Below are positions 13,761-27,699 of a DNA stretch of 64,000 nucleotides, one piece after another. Both the position numbers and the translations under genes were made by a program. This DNA is from Camelus ferus. Taxonomy: Eukaryota. The stretch spans positions 66,466,001 to 66,530,000 of the forward strand of contig NC_045696.1 in NCBI RefSeq assembly GCF_009834535.1, given 5' to 3'. The notes below the pieces were generated by a model. That model ran no database searches. It was not told the origin of the DNA and was given only the letters and a program-made list of their open reading frames with translations. The stretch's first letter is position 1, and each line of letters opens with the position of its first letter.

Positions 13761-14344
13761 TAGTAATCCCTGTAAAATCTCTGTCCCTCTCACATGCAAA
13801 TTACACCCAACCATCCCTGGATCATACCTCAGCTTTCACCCTGTCCTTCTTAGACTCAAATTGCTAAACCTTGTGATCTGCACCAGTTTGGGATATGGAT
13901 GAAGCTTGTCAGCAGGGGATAAAGCTCCAGTCCAGGAAGTAATTTAAAACAGAAGTTATCCAACAGTATAGCTACAAAGCCAAGAAAATGGCTACAGATG
14001 CGCTCAGTCAACACGGGCCTGGGCAGGGAGGCACATGGCAATCACCGGCTCTAAGCAGTTCTGAACTACAGCTGGCACATGACGTCAGAACCTCCTGTTC
14101 TGGGAGCAGAGATTTTTTTTTTAATTAAACTTCCTAATCCAATGTTTCCAGGCCAGTTAGAGTTGTTCTTCGATCCAATGTTTTTCTTTCTCAGTTCTGC
14201 TTCTAAGGTATCCTCCCTTTTCATCAAAAAATGGGCCTTGTTTGTAGCAGAGAATTTTTCTCAGCCTACTGCCTGCCCGTAGAAATGTAGGGATCCAAAG
14301 GCATTTTCCTTTTCCTTTTAGACTCTCTGAGACTCTTCAAAAAA

Positions 14345-14470
14345 AATGTTAGGGGTAATTAAGTTTATTTATTTACTTTATTTATCTTTTTAATGGCGGT
14401 ACTGGGGGTTGAACTCAGGACCTCATGCATGCTAAGTACATTCTCTACCACTGAGCGATACCCACACACC
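14345..14470 (-). mobile_element. tRNA-derived camelid SINE (Vic-1-like)
   Basis: Reverse strand has a tRNA-like head with A/B boxes and a (TAAA)-rich tail. TSD ctctctgagactctt (14323-14337) / ctctctcagtctctt (14471-14485). Confidence 0.85.
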
Positions 14471-15368
14471 CTCTCTCAGTCTCTTTTTATCAAAGCTGAT
14501 GGTACTTTTCTTAGTTCATCTCTCTTAAACTTTACACATTTCCCATTGGGAAACTGATTGGCTGTCATGGCCTACCCAAAAAGCCACATCCGCAAATTTT
14601 TTGGAAAAAAGTCTCTCTTTTTGTTTACATGTGACTGCTGTGGGACAATGCCCTTCATGAACTTAGAACACCTTTGTCTATCTGAGAAGGTACTCAAAAC
14701 CAAAAGAAGTGTTCAGAAAGGAACAATAACTCTGCAAAGGCTGCTTCTAAGTTAAACAATATAAAGACAGAGAATTGATGACTGGATTTGGTTTGTGAGC
14801 CTTGTTGGTGGCAGAGGAATGGGTTCTTGTTTAAAGTGTGTTTAGGAACAAACGGGAGGGAAGAGGTTAGGGCTCATGTACAGACTAATTTCTAAAGAGG
14901 AGAAAACATAAGGATCTATAATGGTTTGTTATTGTTGTTTTAAGATAAAATATATTATAGCAGGTTTACATTGACAGGAATACTCTGGTAAAAGTGTAAA
15001 ATTTATGATGTAGGAGTAACGTCCTTGACAGGATACAGGAGTCAGTATACAAGAAAAAATTCTGACTTTAAATAGAAATGGAGACAGCTCATTATTTTAA
15101 CAGAAAGGATGGCACAAAATACGGATTCTAATGAAGCTCAGCTTAAGTTTGTTGGAGGGAGAATGTGGAAGCTCTATTTTGATGGCTTTTATTGATTTTC
15201 AAGTGAATATGAAAAGGAAAGTCCTATGAATTAGGAAGGATGTAAGAGAGGTTCTCAGATAAGGGAAAAGGCGTAAACTCGGTGTCTAAAGAGAGAAGAA
15301 GGGTATATGGATTCACGTGGGGTTGCTGGATTGCTCGGTAGCCCTGAGGTCACATCTGAGGTCTGTGT

Positions 15369-15404
15369 TGTAAATCTAAAGTGAGCTGTAAATCTAAAGT
15401 CAGC
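15369..15404. repeat. 18-bp tandem duplication
   Basis: tgtaaatctaaagtgagc / tgtaaatctaaagtcagc. Confidence 0.9.
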
Positions 15405-15699
15405 CCACAGCATACTTAGCTGTTTTTCTCCAGCTGTGTTTCAGAAAGTTGGCTTTTACCCAGAAAGATCTATGGAAAGAGAAGTATAAAGAAGTCCCAG
15501 AGAAAGGCTTTGGTTTCTGAGGCATGACAGCAGTCAGCAGAGGTGGTGCCACTGTTGTGAAGATCAGTACATGAGAAAGGAGAATCACCAGCCCGCCTCC
15601 CACTTCTACCACATTCTCACCGCTGTAACCTACTTACAGTAACATTATTTTTAATCTTAAAAATGAGACTGAAAAACTGACCTACATACATGCAATTTT

Positions 15700-16492
15700 G
15701 GTTTTGTTTTTAAATTGAAGTCTAGTCAGTTGCAATGTGTCAGTTTCTGGTGTACAGCATAATGTCCCAGTCAAGCATATTCACACATACACTCATTTTC
15801 ATATTCTTTTTCATTGGAGGTTATTATAAGATATTGAATATAGTTCCCTGTGCTATACAGAAGAAATTCATTTTTTAAAATCTATTTTCATATATAGTGG
15901 TTATCATCTGTAAATCTCAAACTCTCAAATTTATCCCTTCCCACCCTGTTTCCCCAAGTAACCATAAGAATGTTTACTATGTCTGCAAGTCTGTTCCTGT
16001 TCTGTAGATGAATTCATTAGTGTCCTTTTTTTTCTTTTCTTTTCTTTTTTAAGATTCCACATATGAGTGATATCATATGGTATTTTTCTTTCTCTTTCTG
16101 GCTTACTTCACTTAGAATGATGATCTCCAGGTCCATCCATATTTCTACAAATGGCATTATTTTATTCTTTTTATGGCTGAGTAGTATTCCATTATATAAA
16201 TATACCGCAACTTATTATCCAGCCATCTGTAGATGAACATTTAGGTTGTTTCTTATGTCTTGGCTATTGTAAGCAATGCTGCTGTGAATATTGGGGTACA
16301 TGTGTCTTTTCAAATTAAAGTTCCCTCTGGACATATGCCCAGGAGTGGGATTGCTGGGTCATATGATAAGTCTATTTTTAGTTTTTTGAGGAATCTCCAT
16401 GCTGTTTTCCATAATGGCTGCACCAAACTACATTCCCACCAGCAGTGTAGGAGGGTTCCCTTTTCTCCTCACCCTCTCCAACATTTATCATT
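15700..16492 (-). mobile_element. Lineage L1 3' end (ORF2 C-terminus and 3' UTR), antisense
   Basis: Reverse complement closely parallels the L1 at 6170-6920 (gcccaggagtgggattgctgggtcatatg, cattcccaccagcagtgtaggagggttccc). Confidence 0.92.
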
Positions 16493-18534
16493 TTAAATTC
16501 AAGTTTGCTACTAGGAAGCAACAGAATTTTTTTGTTGGTTGATTATGCTGAGTAGAAGAGTAACTTGAACTAATCTGTGCTGAACACCTCCTTTCCCCTA
16601 AGATCTCCTAAGAGAATCTTCTTCTTCAAGTGACCACTGTAACAATTTGTATAAGTGGGCATTGTGTTTCTGATTTTAATTATAAAAAAATTGAAGATCC
16701 TAGAAGGTAAATAATTTGCCCAAAGTTTCACAGCTAGTAAAATAATTTTATCAAAGCTTTTTCAAACAGCCCTCTACCTCCCAAGCCCAGAGCTGAAAGC
16801 TTTTGGCAAGAATAAGAATACTGGTTTTGAAATGATCTTTAGATTACCTGTTCCAAATTCCTTCTTTACAAGAACAGCTCAAACCTTGCTTTGAATTCAC
16901 TATCAGGACTCTGAGGTGTACAATGGGTAAGGACTTCAACCTCATCATGAGAGCAAAAGACTCTGATTGGGCCAAATATTAAAAACAGAAGCAAGAACCA
17001 TAAAAGTGGTCCAAGGTGGAGCCAAGCACGTAATTCATTCCCAAAGGAGTTCTCCAGAATGTCTGAAAAGGCCAGAGAGTCCACCCACACACTGATAGGA
17101 GAGCCACCTGGTGCCAAGTTCTGAGACCCTTCTGGGATCAGCTGAATTACACTCATCTTCATCTGGTTGGGCCTTGAACTATTTATTCCTCTGGGCCAAG
17201 TCCTCCAGAGCTCAGGAACCATGTTTGGATCATAATTCCCCTCAAAGGGTAGAAGACACACAGGAATGCTTTTGAGACACCTCAAAAACATTCCACTCCC
17301 TTCGCTTTTATTAGCAGAAGGGATTTGAAGAAGGACACTGAATGAGCAAGTTGAGCCAAGCTACTGAGTAATATGGTTATCATATTCTGTGTTCCCAGAC
17401 CAAGATGTAATTAGTGGAGAGAAATGAAATTTACTTTCAGATGAGGGCCCTGGAATCCAGAGAGGTGAAGCAACTTTATAAATAACTCGTGAGATGAAAG
17501 GGTTTTGGAAAGGCGAGCTCAAAGTCCTCTGACATACAGAACAGAGCTTTTTCTAAGGTGTGGGGAGAGTAGGGTGGGGGGCCAACGAGAAAATTCTGTC
17601 TCAGCCAGAATGTCACCCCAACAAGACCCAATATCACTCAAACAAGTGTTTTTCAGGTTCCTTGATGGTTTATTGCAAATCCTCAATTTTCCTGTGAAGG
17701 AGCCAATCTGTGTCACTACTCCAGCCAAGAGAACCCACCCTTTGGCAGGTTCACCAGAATCTTAAGGGTGCAGTTACAAAGGGCTCCTGTTTACAGTAGA
17801 ACCGTTCAAGAAAACTGGTTTTGCTTCGCAAAACATATTTATTTATTCTTTATAATGAGAAATAGTCAACAGAAAGCTTTCTCCACTGGGTGAAGAGTAA
17901 CTCTGTGCTCTAATTTTTTGGCTATTTTGAGTCTCAATACTGGCTTCTCTGTGGGGTTGCCACGAGCAGGCTGATCCTTCCAGCTCTGATCTTCTGCTCA
18001 CCTCTGAAGTCTGGAGGCTATATTTGCAGTGACTGATGTAGAAGTGGACTCCATCTAAACATTGTCCATCCTCTAGTAATGCACGATGGGTAGGTAGCTG
18101 GTACTTGTATTCTTACCAGCCTCCCTCCAGATTAACATCAATTCAACCTATTTTCCATATCGCCAACAATTATTTTACTGAAATGCACCTAGGGACCCCA
18201 AACTTCTTAATATGGCATTCTAGGCTCCTTACTAACTAGCCCCAGTTTCTAGGCCCATATCAGCCCTTTATTTCTACAATCCATATGACCCAATCACACA
18301 GTAAGTGTTGTTATTGAAAATATCTTCATATTGTATCTCTCTGCCTTTTCATTCACGCTTTTCCACCCTCCTGAACACCATTTCCTCCAGTATTTGCTGT
18401 AAAAACTACTTTTCCTAGTGGCCAATCTCAAATATTCTGTCTACCCTGTAGGTTTTTTTACCTCCCTTCCTTATCAAAAATTAATGTCTTCTTTATATGT
18501 GTTTTCATAAAAGTTTATAATTAGCTTTATACAT

Positions 18535-18684
18535 TTTTGTTGTTGTTTGTTGTTGCTTTTTGGGGGGATGGGGGAAGTAATTAGGTTTATTTACTTATTT
18601 TTTTGATGGGGGTACTGGGGATTGAACCCAGGATCTCATGCATGCTAAGCATGTGCTCTACCACTGAGCTATACCCTCCCCCCA
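18535..18684 (-). mobile_element. tRNA-derived camelid SINE (Vic-1-like)
   Basis: gtaattaggtttatttacttatt...ggtactggggattgaacccaggatctcatgcatgctaagcatgtgctctaccactgagctataccctcccc. Confidence 0.9.
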
Positions 18685-19304
18685 CTTATACTTACCTTTA
18701 TAATTGTGTGTGTGTGTCTTTAGATATTGTGAATGTCTTGGGAGCATGGACTAAATCTTATTGTCCTTGCATCCTCAATGCCTTATATGGTATTTGATAA
18801 GTTGAATTAATAAAATTCAACAAATATTGCAAAAAGCACCTTGTGATTGAGCTTTTTGTTGTCTGTATATTTATTTTTGGTTAGTTTATTTTAAGATCAG
18901 TAAAGCCAAAAGAAAATATAAACAACATCCATGAGCCTACCAAACTGACAATATGTGTATGTTCCAGACTTTTACAAATCAGTTATTACACAGCAAGTAG
19001 TGATACCATTCCAGACCTCAAGTCCTTCTCCAGAGGCAGTTGTTCTTGTGGCTCTGGTGTATATGCAATCTGTATTTTTATATCTTTCCTAAATACATGT
19101 ATGTATCAATAAATGAAATATATTACACTTCTATATATTTTAAAAATATTTAAATACTACTGTACCACTTGTTTTTTCACTTATTATCTGTAAATGTCAA
19201 TGCTTGTAGTCAAAGTCATTTATTTTAATTTACATATGGCATTTCCAGATATTAATATACCATAATTAATGTAGTTAGTCTTTGACCATTGGGATGACTT
19301 ATTT

Positions 19305-19505
19305 TTAAATTTTATTTTTTATTAAAGTGTAGTTGATTACAATGTTAGTTTCAGGTGTACAGCAGTGATTCAGTTATACATATACATACATGTATATATT
19401 TCAGTCTTTTCCATGATATGTTATTATAAGAAATTGAATAGAGTTCCCTGTGCTATACAGTAGGTCCTTGTTGTTTATTTTGTACATAGTAACATGTATC
19501 TGTTG
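19305..19505 (-). mobile_element. L1 3' end fragment inserted in older L1ME-like sequence
   Basis: attaaagtgtagttgattacaatgttagtttcaggtgtacagcagtgattcagttatac...gttccctgtgctatacagtaggtccttgttg. Confidence 0.85.
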
Positions 19506-20689
19506 GGACTATTTCTAGTTTGGGGCTTTACAATCAACATTTTATGAGCATCCTTGTAAATATCTTGTGCACAGACGCAAGAATTCCTCTAAGAGTTATA
19601 CCTGAAATGTGGCATTGTTATCTCACTTTCTGAGGCCAAGCTGCTCTTATAAGGAGATTTTATAACTAATAGTATATGACACAGTTGTGTTTCTATAATG
19701 TTGCCAAACTAGTATTTGCTTTATTGTTAATAGAAGTATTATGGCTGCTTTTCTTCCCTTCTGGTTTTCCTGCTCCATCAGTAGTCACCCCATGGATCTC
19801 ACGCCATCAGATCCCTCCCTGAGAACAATAATGAGTTTTATTTTTGTCTTTTGGCTCAGTAACATTGGAGAAAACACTGCAATATTGTCCCTTCCCATTT
19901 TCTGCTACTAACACTCTATTCCCTGCTAGCTGTGGTTGGTCATTGTGTATAATCCTTACAACTCTACCTTTGTCAAGTAGCCTGAGATCAGAACAGCACT
20001 AGCAACTACCCCTAGACTGACTCCTTTTCCTTCTTTGCTTCTCTGTGGCCAGATTCTTTCTGATGCTCTCCCTAGTCCCTGCTTTGGTTCCTGCTTTGGT
20101 TACCTCCTCCACCAAGAGTACCATGGGACACTAGTTTAAATTCCTCCCAAACCCCTTTTCTGCCCTAACAGCCCTCTAGCCATTCCCCCACTTCCTCATC
20201 TCCCTGCTGTTTCCCACAGCCTTTTCCTGACCATAATCTGGCACTTGCACACTGACTAGCTGATTCATCATCTTTCCTGTGTCTGTTCTTTGGAGCCCCT
20301 GGGCCATGGCCCAGGAACAAAACAAGATTCTCTCTGCTGCCTCCACCCACCTCTAGTCATCAACAGCAACCATAGTGCCTGGTGTATCCAGCCTACACAG
20401 GCTCCTGACACACTCATGTCCTGGCAATTTAAATCTCTATGACTTCCAGGGGTGTTGGTCTTTTAACACCTGGATGAAAAATGTGGGTGGGGTGCACATA
20501 CTGTGGTTCATCTCAGATCAGGCACTCCCTAAGAATGATAAATACCCTAGTAGACAAGTTTCCAGTTACCTGTGACACTCACTGTCCCTAGAAGGAGCAA
20601 TCTTACATTTCACATGTCTCAGCTTCCCCCATCCCTCCTGCCTCACCACTGCTGACGGACAGCTGATTAAATATGGCAAAACCACTGGG

Positions 20690-20870
20690 TGGCTAGCAGA
20701 GTGGCCAGCTAGCATGCACAAGATCCTGGGTTTGATCCCTAGTACCCTAATTAAAGATAAATGAAAACTTAATTATCTCCCCCCAATAAAAATAAATAAA
20801 AGTTTTAAAATGTGAAAACCTTTTTTTAAATGCTCAAAAATAGAATAAATGAAAAAACAAACAAACGAAC
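20690..20870 (+). mobile_element. Degenerate Vic-1-like SINE with A-rich tail
   Basis: tagcatgcacaagatcctgggtttgatccctagtacc...aaacttaattatctccccccaataaaataaataaaa. Confidence 0.75.
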
Positions 20871-21627
20871 AAACACTAAGTGGCCAGATACATGGCCAAG
20901 CTTCAGTGGATGATCTACATCATTGATTTACTACAAGCTTGAACATTAGAATCACTCAGGAAATTTTAAAAAACTCTGCCAATGCCCAAGCACCTCCCTT
21001 AAAGATATACATTTAAATGTCCCAATTTGGGATGATGTGTATTTTTTTAATGCCCTCCCTCAAAACAAGTGATTCTGATAACAGCCAGCACTGAGAATTG
21101 AGAACAGAAAACTAAAATACAGAGCTTACTGTCTAAATTAGCATGACTTTGGGAAACTCTAGACCATAAAGATAAAGTTTTTAGTGTTTATTTGATTAAC
21201 TATCCCTCGAATCCATTTAACTGAACAACTGACTGTTCAACTACTTGTATTCCTTCTTAGAACACTAGGCTCATCAGAAGACTGTTTATTCAACACTCTA
21301 AGAAACCCTTGCTTCTCTGTGTCCATCACCCTAAACTATTATGTCACACACTTGTTCAATCTCAAGTTGGCTCCAGCACTGAATGACTTACCTCAGTCTG
21401 GACCTCCAAATCCTCGTATATACCCCCACCTTGACATTCCTCTCTTCTGAGATGCAATTAAGAATATCAAAATATTGCTCTCATATTGTGTTCAGCAATA
21501 AACTCTGCTTTCCTTTATTGAGAGTTTACTTTGGTGGTCAGCAGGTTATCTTGCTGGTGCTTTCAGGGACGTCGATAACTAATCGTGGCTAATCCAACTG
21601 TCTCTGTGATCTAAGAGACACAGAGAC

Positions 21628-22356
21628 TGTTGCCAGCTGAAGGCAGGTGCCAGACCTGAGAAGTCATAATGTATAGTCAAGAATAATGTTCATACTGGAT
21701 TATGATACATGCAAGATGAATATATCAAAGAAGCTGGATAATAAATAGGGAAATGGAGCAAAAATATGCAGAGAGAAAGAACAGTGGGAAAAATGGGGTG
21801 GCCTCTGAGAGACAGTCTTCTCAGTTCCTGGCCTTCTACTGAAGGAGTAGGAAACAGTCTAACAAGCTGGCTTCCCTGATGCTAAAACTGTTTGTTGATC
21901 TTTTTCTCCCTTACTGCTTTTGTACTAAACGAGCCCCAAACTTTTCCATTATGTTCTCCACTCCCTATACATTCTTTACCAAGAATAGCTTTAACCCAGG
22001 CTATGCTCCAGGAAGCCTGTGCTCCAGGAAGGAGGTAACAGGCTGATAATCTCAGAAGAATGGACAGAGCCTCCGGAGTTCCTCTGTGATGCCAGAAGGA
22101 TTCATTGAGGTTAAGAGGAATGTAGCATCCTGTAAAACACCCTGGCTGTTATCACCTTTTTTGTTCCACCCAGTTTTTCTATAAAACCTCAAGACCCCCA
22201 ATCCCAAAATGGATTCACAATCCCTAAGGCACTAGCCTGCTGGGACTCCCCTTTGCCTGACAAAGCAACAAAGTTGTTCTTTTCTGATTCTCGCAGAGTT
22301 CTGCCTCTGAGTCTCAATCTGGCTGTCAGGGTGCAGAGGCTGGTTTTGCTGCAACA
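21628..22356 (+). mobile_element. Solo ERV LTR (ERV1-like, ~730 bp)
   Basis: Terminal inverted hexamers TGTTGC...GCAACA; TATAAAA 22180-22186; R/U5-like ctagcctgctgggactcccctttgcctgacaaagcAACAAAgttgttcttttct typical of ungulate ERV LTRs. TSD not clean. Confidence 0.7.
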
Positions 22357-24769
22357 TCACTGCCTGTAAAGCCTGAGTGTAGTGCTTTGTTCCCTCACTT
22401 GAAAATCTGGTTGAAGCTGTGATGTTGTGACAGGGCAGGGAAGCTGCTTGTGTTTTGGACTTTTATGTATTTACTTAATCTGCTGCTTTATCTAGAAGTC
22501 CCAGTTATCAACTGTTGATGTATCAAAGAAGGAAATCAATCACTCTTTTTGTCTTCACAGACGGCAAAGAGGAGCAGTTGTGTTTCTAATGAGGGTATAA
22601 ATTGTATTTTGTGTTGCTAGGTCATAAGGCTCTATCTGATTGGCCATTAAGCTCTTTCTGATTAGTTATTAAGCTCAGGCAGGACAAGAAACTGGCGAAC
22701 TTCTGAAGGAGAGAGCCTGTGGAGGAGGGGTCATGAGAGCAGAAAGGGGACTAGGATGCTTTGCAGGCCCCATCCTTTAGAGTGGTCCCTAGATGGCCTG
22801 TGGCTCATAAACCAGCAGAGCTTAAGGATCGTGGGAAGGACCATTCAAGGGTTCAGAACTGCTTTCAACAGACCTGACTCTGCATCTTGGCCAGCCGATG
22901 ATCACTTAGGAAGAGCTGCCCTAGTGTAAGGAGGAACTTCATTCTGCCCGTACTTCTGATTTAAACATCCAGTCAAAACTGTGAGTGCATGAAATACCCT
23001 CCTTGTGCTTCTCAAGTTTTCACACACCAAATAAGTGTGTCTAAACCTGCTGAGTCAAGCGGTGAGTCCCCCTGAGCTGGACTGAATATGCAAGTATATC
23101 CCAAGCTGAGAACAGAGAAAAGTGGGCACACCCCACTCCCATCATGAAGAGTATTGCTCACCCATCCCTCCTTTATTTAAACTAGGTTCTGTTCCTTGGA
23201 ATCAAAATCTATTACTAGCCTAATAATCTTATTGTTACAGGGTATGTAGGAATTTCTAAGACACTGAATAAAGATTGACCCTCAGCTTTAAAATAACCCT
23301 GGGAAGTACACATGTTCATCTTCAATTTACCGATAATTAAACGAATGTCCCATTTTATAACTATGGCTGAACTTGAATACCTTGCTTCAAAGTCAAATAG
23401 CAAGGCAAAGGCAGAATGAGTCTGACCCATTCCCCATCCCCCGTATTGCCATCCAGATATTTCCAGGGACTTAGAGGACCTACCAGGACCGAAGCAGACA
23501 GAAAACAGTTCCACAGGAGGGCATGTGCAAAGTTCCAGCATAGCTCCCACAGTATTTCTTAGAGCCGTCCTATGGAGAAGAATTCATAGAGAATTATGAA
23601 GGTTAATATAACTTTATTCTTTTATGGCTCAAAACATTCCCAAGTTTCAGATCTGATGGAACTAAATAAGTGGAATACTTTGGCTTAAAAAGAAAAAACA
23701 CATAAAAAAGCAAAACACTTCTTCACTGTTATTTTCTCTTAATAATTGCTAATGTGTTTAGCAGCTGCCTTCTACAATTGTATAAAGTATCCATTTGAAA
23801 ATTGAAAAATATTGAAAAATGATTAAATTGTTTTTGAATGTCAAGGAAATCAATTTTCTTTCTGTTTGGGTGCCTTTCAGTCCCATTAACGTTATAATAT
23901 TTTTAAATAATTACTTTAATACTAAAATTTATGAATCAAAAGCAAAATAATGGAATTGTACTGTATGTAACTCTGTATTGATTGTAGTCTCTTATCCACA
24001 GTCATTATAAGTACAAGATAATTTAAAAATTATTTCTAATTTTATCAGATCTTTCTGTGTTAATACTTAACAGCTTCATCATTTAGTTACTTTGCTCAGC
24101 TGTGAATTTCCATTTTCTCTGTTTGAGGTTTAGAGAGTAATGATCAGCTAGAATTACCCAATAGCAATGGGGAATAAAGGCTGTCTCCATTTTTCTGACT
24201 GATATTTTTTCAACAAATTACCAGATGGAATGATTATAAAGTATTTGCTTTCCTTTCTGAACACAGCCTGGTATCATCAAATATCCAGTAGGATCCAATG
24301 CTTCCTTAGCCTGTTTTTGTTACAAATTCTTATGGCTTTAATAGGAAAATATTGGGGCCATCATGTGTAAACTGTGCATATTTCTGTGCCCTTTTAGAGC
24401 TTTCAGAGGCTTGTGTGCTGTTTAGGCTTTATTCATGTATTCATCTACCTCAGCAAAGTTGATTATCTGCTGACACTATTGAGCAAATTGATCTATTTAT
24501 TTTTGAGTGCCTGGTCATCTTATATACATGGGTTTATCCATCCAACATGCTTGGGAAACAAAAATGAATTGGTCAAAATCCCTGGCTTGAGCAGTTAAAG
24601 GGAAAGACATAGATATAAACATCTATTTATAGGAACATAATACATGAATTTGAAAACAGAAAGAGAAAAAGCTCACCTAGGTTGTCCTGGGAACACAGAA
24701 GATGGCATGCAACACTGACAGAATAAATTAAGAAAAGCTTATTAGGGAAATGTCCATTGAATTAATTTT

Positions 24770-25052
24770 TTTCTTTTTTTTCTATTTCAGGTATAATTGA
24801 CATATAACATTATATTTAGTTTTAGGCATACAACAAGATGATTCCATATTTGAAAATATTTCAAAATGATCACCACAATAGGTCAGTTAACATCCATCAC
24901 CATATACAGTTACAAAACTTTTTTTCTTGTGATGAGAATTTTTAAGATCTACTCTCTTAACAACTTTCAAATATGCAATAGAGGATTGTTAACTATAGTC
25001 ATCATGCTGTGCATTACATCCCCATGACTTATTTAATTTATCACTGGAAGTT
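24770..25052 (-). mobile_element. L1MA/L1MB-type 3' end
   Basis: ggtataattgacatataacattata...gatcaccacaataggtcagttaacatcc...gatctactctcttaacaactttcaaatatgcaata. Confidence 0.8.
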
Positions 25053-25061
25053 TGAAAGGTA

Positions 25062-25285
25062 AATAATAGCAACTAACGTTTACTGAGTTCCTATGACAAA
25101 TTAGACATATTTTAAGACTTCACATGTATTTACTCATTTAATCATCATAATAAACCTATGAATTAAGCACTATTATTATCCCATTACTTCATTTACTCTG
25201 CATTTTTAATAAGGGGAAATCACAGAGCGGTTAAATAATTAGCCCTGTATCACTTGGTCAGGTAACACAGGAAATTAGAATGAGA
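25062..25285 (-). mobile_element. MIR SINE
   Basis: aatagcaactaacgtttactgagttcc...tactcatttaatcatcataataaacctatg...tattattatcccatt. Confidence 0.7.
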
Positions 25286-27124
25286 TCTCCCGTCTTCATT
25301 TTGACTGACAGGCCAAAAAGATAAATATTGGTTACCAAAGTGTAAAACAAACCCCTTTCTATCAATACATTCTTTTTTACATGAAATGATATGGAGACTA
25401 TGGAATCTCTCAAACAGATCAAGTCAGAAGCAAAGACTGGAAGAGAAAGTGTGATGGGGGATTTGCAGACACTTTACTTTGGAAACATGCTATGCTCTAA
25501 ATTTTCACCCATCTTGTGGGAGGGACATCAGTAACGTCTTACCCCAAACATAGGGAGAGGGGCTTCAAGCCAATATCTGAAAGAGCTTTGAAATGTGTTC
25601 TCAAAAATTGGGTAATACAAAGCACTGCACCTGCCTCTCTCCTGAGAAAGCTTTATCAGATTGCAAACTAGGAATTCAAAAGGAAAAGTAGACCTGGTTT
25701 GAGGAGGTAGAGCCCAAAAAGGGCTTCTGCATTGGGATCCATCACTCCCCAGTGGCTAAAGGATGCTTGAATATTTTCAAGGTAAAGGTCATATGAGAGA
25801 ATGCCAGCAAAGCATCTTCCTGATCTTCTCCAAAAGAGTTGCCTGGAGAATGGAGAGGCAAGAAGATCTCAGAGAAGAGACTGTATATGTAACCTGGAAA
25901 ACCAGATGCTGAAGAAAGAATTACAAAGAGCTACCTGGAATAGAGTTATCCAGGTAATTTAAATGAACGATCTAGCAAAGACGTCCATGAAACTCATAAA
26001 GACATCACCAAGGGAAATACTTGGCTCTTACCATTCACCCCATGAATGATAACCAGCCCCTGCACTATGAAGTGTGGTACCCTTTATCTTCCCTTGTCTT
26101 CCTGCTGACACTCCGGTAGAAGGGAATCTGAAAAGAGCTGGTGGATGGGAACCACTATTTCATGCATACTTCTGTGCTTTTCTCTTAACTCAGCTTTGGT
26201 GCTTGTCATCCAATTTCCTTGAATGTATGCTTTTACTGTGGTATTCCAACATTCCCTATTGTTTATCTTACATTCTCCTATTGATGAACATAAAGGTTAT
26301 TTTCGGTTTCTTAATATTAGATATAACACTCCAATGAATATTCTTACTTACACATATTTCTGTATGTTACTACTTTTCTCTAGAATAAGTTCCTAAATGT
26401 ATTATTACTAGGTCAAAGGAAGAGCCTTTCCAGAGTTGAAGCATTCAGCATTTTGATTTACAAGTATTCTTTATATAAATGATAATAGCCCTTTGTATAT
26501 AATATACATTGAAATTTTTTCACAGTTGATAATTTATATTTAATTTTAATACTTTAAAAATATATATGTAGTTAAATCTATCAAGCTCTTACTTTGTAAC
26601 TTAGTTATTTGTTTTTATGTTTCAGAAATTCCACCCTCAATTATACATCAAATGTTGACTTTTATTTTTTCCCTTATAACCACAGATTTTATATTTAACT
26701 TTGATTCTGTTGGGAGTTTTATTTGATATATGTTTAATAAAAGGAAGGAATTTTATTTTCCTGTTTTCTCTATTAAAAATGGAGCCATTTAAGAGGATCT
26801 TTGGAACTCAAGCTTGGGCTATTTGGTGTATGTGTAAATTATAGCTTTGATTTTTAATCAGTTTGCTGGAAAAAATGTTCAATAACAAAATTGGAATACA
26901 CAAATGTAAAATATTTGCAGATACAGAAGTCTCACAATTTGGTGTCATTTACAAATACTTGCTTATTTTACCAATTCAAATTAGACTTTGTTTTACATCG
27001 ATTTGATTCAGCTAATAATACAAATTCCAACTTCAGTCAAAATGTCAAAATGAACATTGACCCTTTCCTTCCAACCTCTACCCTCAACTTGCCCTAATCT
27101 GGTGTTTTCCATTACTATTAATAT

Positions 27125-27360
27125 CATCTGACTTAGGTTGAGTTTTCCCAGAAACAGACTCTGAATCAAGAATGTGAGTGCAAGGAGCATACTGGGGAGG
27201 TGACTCCAGGAAGAACTGGACAGTAAGTGGAGAAGTGAATCAGAAAAGAGAAGGAAGCCAGTGAGGGTGTGTTATGGACATTTTACTGCTATGTGCACTC
27301 GAGGCTCAATTCCACTGGAGAAAGCTCACAGAACGTAGAACCTGCCTGAGTTTTATCATA
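27125..27360 (-). mobile_element. ERVL LTR fragment (LTR16-like)
   Basis: ttaggttgagttttcccagaaacagactctgaatcaaga...ggggaggtgactccaggaag...gagaagtgaatcagaaaagagaaggaagcc. Confidence 0.55.
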
Positions 27361-27699
27361 ATCAATGACTAACGTTGCTCTTCTTTCCATTCCCTCCACC
27401 GCATCCTACTTTTGGCCTGTAGTATCATTTCTAAGCAATTGTAGTAACCATCTCATTAATATGTCCTCAACCAGGGGTCCAGATCTCCCTACTAATAATT
27501 ATTTCTCATGCCTCAGTCTAATCTTTTAAATGTACAATTGCTTCAATAATGGTAATTCTCTATAAACAGAATCTAAATCCAAGGAATCAATGGCCTCCAA
27601 AACTTGCTGTCATCCCTCCTTTCCAGCTGTATCTTTTGCTTTTTTTTAATTAAATGGAAGATTTAAAAATTCTAGTGTTTTAGAATTTTCAAAAGTTTT

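Noticed and set aside
16866..17291. 141-aa minus-strand ORF with a hydrophobic stretch (LGPLLWFLLLFLIFGP) reminiscent of a retroviral Env transmembrane anchor
   Set aside because: No immunosuppressive domain or CX6CC motif and no flanking ERV sequence seen. Treated as chance unless a tBLASTn/HMM search against Env proteins hits.
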